Assembly (NCBI GenBank): GCA_963745075.1
Contig: CAVUWV010000011.1
Span: 32,001-96,000 of the forward strand
Direction: 5' to 3'
DNA from: Candidatus Hydrogenedentota bacterium
GTDB taxonomy: Bacteria > Hydrogenedentota > Hydrogenedentia > Hydrogenedentales > SLHB01
DNA length: 64,000 nt
Part shown: piece after piece, positions 59,969 through 64,000 of the stretch
Position numbering within the stretch: position 1 is the stretch's first letter
How the letters are laid out: each line of letters starts with the position of its first letter
Translations under genes and position numbers: made by a program
Notes under the pieces: model-generated
What the model was told of the DNA's origin: nothing
Databases searched by the model: none
The model's input: the letters and a program-made list of their open reading frames with translations, nothing else

Positions 59969-60652
59969 ATGAGTAAAACGGAAACAAAGAAGACGGAATT
60001 GGAAAGACGGCTGGAAGAAGAAGCAGAAGCGGATCGGAAGGCTCGAAACGAATCAACTTCGGAGCCGGAGGGCGCGGAGCATCCGGAAGGCATCGGCCCG
60101 GCGGATACGGCATCGCCGGGCGCTCACGAGTCGGAGTCGTTTAAGGCCGAGCGGGACGCATTGGCCGACCAGTTGTTGCGTGCCCGGGCCGAGTTCGACA
60201 ACTACCGGAAACGGATGGCACGGGAAGCCGAGCGTACCCGCCAGATGGCGGCTGAGTCGTTGATTCGGGACATTCTGCCAGTTGTTGACCACCTCGAACT
60301 CGCGCTGAAACACGCCGACGATCACCCGGGCGCGCTGGGTGAAGGCGTGGCATTGGTTTTGCGCCAATTCCACGAGGTGCTGGGCAAGCACGGCGTGCAA
60401 CCCATCCCGGCCGAAGGCGAGCCCTTCGATCCGAACGTGCACGAGGCCGTGATGCAGCGCGAAACGGACGGTGTGCCGCCGGAATCCGTTGTCGAAGAAT
60501 TTCAAAAGGGATACCGCTTGGGTTCCATCGTGCTTCGGCCATCAAAAGTGGTCGTATCCATGGGGAGTCCGCAGGCGGCGTCTGCCGCAGACGAACTCGG
60601 TGAAGGTGAACCGCCGCCGGAGCCGTCCACGGAAGACGGCGATCCGGCGTAG
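59969..60652 (+). CDS. grpE: Nucleotide exchange factor GrpE
   Basis: RARAEFDNYRKR, FDPNVHEAV, GYRL...VLRPSKVVV. Confidence 0.96.
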   Translation: MSKTETKKTELERRLEEEAEADRKARNESTSEPEGAEHPEGIGPADTASPGAHESESFKAERDALADQLLRARAEFDNYRKRMAREAERTRQMAAESLIRDILPVVDHLELALKHADDHPGALGEGVALVLRQFHEVLGKHGVQPIPAEGEPFDPNVHEAVMQRETDGVPPESVVEEFQKGYRLGSIVLRPSKVVVSMGSPQAASAADELGEGEPPPEPSTEDGDPA

Positions 60653-60706
60653 CGTATCCCAAACATTAGTTTACGAACCGATTGTCGGAATGGAGGCTTG
60701 AACGTA

Positions 60707-62635
<1,929 letters not shown>

Positions 62636-62675
62636 GAACCGCGGGAAGAACTCACAAAGGTCCAAGTGTTAGACT

Positions 62676-63822
62676 ATGGCTATGCCCCAACAAAAAGACT
62701 ACTACGAGCTTCTTGGTGTTTCCCGCGACGCGAGTACGGAGGAAATCCGGAAAGCGTATCTGAAGCTGGCCCATAAGTATCATCCCGACAAGACCGGCGG
62801 GGATAAGGTCGCTGAAGACAAGCTCAAGGAGATCAACCAAGCCTACGACACCCTGAAGAATCCGGACAAGCGTTCCAAGTATGACCAGTTCGGTCACATG
62901 GGTGATCAGTTTGCCGGGGCGGGGGGGGCCGGTGGTTTCGGCGGATTCGGTTTCGGCGGCGGGCGGCGGGTTCGAAGCGCCGTTCGATGATTTCTTCGAT
63001 GTTTTGTTCGGTCAGAGTCGCGGAGGGCGCCGTCGTGCGGCGGCGCGGCCCGGTAACGATCTCGAGTACCGGCTTTCCATCACGTTGCGCGAGGCGGCTT
63101 CAGGCTGCAAACGCACCTTTCGATTTGCACGACGGGAAGTATGCAACGAGTGCAAAGGATCTGGCGCCATGCCCGGTACCCAACCGCAGGCCTGCGCCGA
63201 CTGCTCGGGGACGGGCCAAGTCCGTCGAGCCCAAGGTTTTTTCAGTATTTCGCAGACCTGCCCGCGGTGTCGCGGAACGGGACGCATCATTCAAAAACCC
63301 TGTTCGCGCTGTTCCGGTTCGGGGCGTTATCGCGCCGAACGGGAATTGTCAGTCGACCTGCCCGCGGGGATAGACACCGGTTCCCGTTTGCGCCTTTCCG
63401 GCGAAGGTGAGCCAGGAGACAGCGGCGGTCCCCGGGGTGACCTCTACATCTTCGTGGAAGTGGAACCCGACGAAATCTTCGAACGCGAAGGGAACGATGT
63501 CATCTGCGATTTGCCGGTCAGCTTCCCGCAAGCGATTCTCGGCGATAAGATTCGCGTTCCCACTCTGAACGGCGAGGCCGATTTGAAGATTCCACCGGGA
63601 ACCCAGTCCGGAACCCAATTCCGTCTGCGGGGAATGGGTATCAAGGATCTGCGCGGGTATCATAAAGGCGATCAGCTCGTTCGCATCCAGGTCGAGACCC
63701 CGACGAAGCTGTCTCGGGAACAGCGCGAGTTGATTGAGCGGTTCCGGGAAATCAGCAACGAGAAATCGTACCCGCTCTACCATCGCTTCATCGAGAAGGT
63801 GAAGAAATCGCTGGGCGGATAA
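62676..63822 (+). CDS. dnaJ: Molecular chaperone DnaJ, split by one extra G near 62961
   Basis: J domain (HPD) in 62676..62990; four CxxCxGxG repeats and C-terminal domain in 62881..63822; frames join in the G/F linker if one G is removed. Confidence 0.92.
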
Positions 63823-63853
63823 TCCGCGCTCCTCAAATCTCCCCCCGGCAGTC

Positions 63854-64000
63854 TCAGCTCTCCTTGAACTCCGCCAGCAAGGCTTGAATCGTTGCCTTCG
63901 CGTCGCCGAAGACCATGCGGGTGTTCTCGTTGAAGAACAACGGATTGGCGATGCCTGCGAACCCGGAGGCCATGGAGCGTTTGAGCACGAAGACCGTGTG
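63854..64000 (-). CDS. pntB: NAD(P) transhydrogenase subunit beta, 3' end
   Basis: Not in the ORF track. My translation: [48 protein letters not shown], matching the PntB C-terminus. Confidence 0.9.
   Translation of the reverse strand, partial: HTVFVLKRSMASGFAGIANPLFFNENTRMVFGDAKATIQALLAEFKES

Noticed and set aside
62940..62990. Programmed frameshifting in dnaJ or the ABC ATPase
   Set aside because: No slippery heptamer or stimulatory structure seen, and the same single-base pattern occurs in five unrelated genes.

Overview
GC-rich bacterial chromosomal window, mostly housekeeping and cell-envelope genes. No CRISPR array, rRNA, tRNA, prophage or intact transposase was seen. A DUF1559 prepilin-like protein with a 'REGIERF.I.DINNP...[15 protein letters not shown]' tail suggests Candidatus Hydrogenedentota or a relative (inference only). 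Contents in order: a glycan-tailoring cluster (GT9, GT4, acetyltransferase, two SAM methyltransferases, GT2, ABC transporter, CDF, Nudix, AlkP-type phosphodiesterase, GT4); assorted hydrolases and GNATs; metH plus a thioredoxin-like 2Fe-2S ferredoxin; a sialidase-like and two uncharacterised glycoside-hydrolase-like secreted proteins; MFS; two PhyH dioxygenases; a GT-C membrane glycosyltransferase; aroD; an epimerase; a degenerate PHP-domain protein; a YtrA-type GntR; a stand-alone serine-recombinase DNA-binding domain; tatBC; HU/IHF; hisI-trpE-trpG; pepP-efp-accB-accC; a GT4x3-WecA-O-antigen-ligase/TPR cluster; CIRCE-hrcA-grpE-dnaK-dnaJ; and the 3' end of pntB. Best candidates for new biology: (1) an unannotated 17-aa His/Trp-rich leader peptide (MPAHSLSHHRWRHYTHS) upstream of hisI-trpE-trpG whose coding sequence is complementary to the hisI ribosome-binding site, suggesting translational attenuation; (2) a recombinase DNA-binding domain with no catalytic domain but its own promoter; (3) a secreted PHP-fold protein whose metal ligands are systematically replaced; (4) a composite MITE-like repeat present twice. 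Five genes, including dnaJ, carry single extra-base frameshifts that are most likely sequencing errors.
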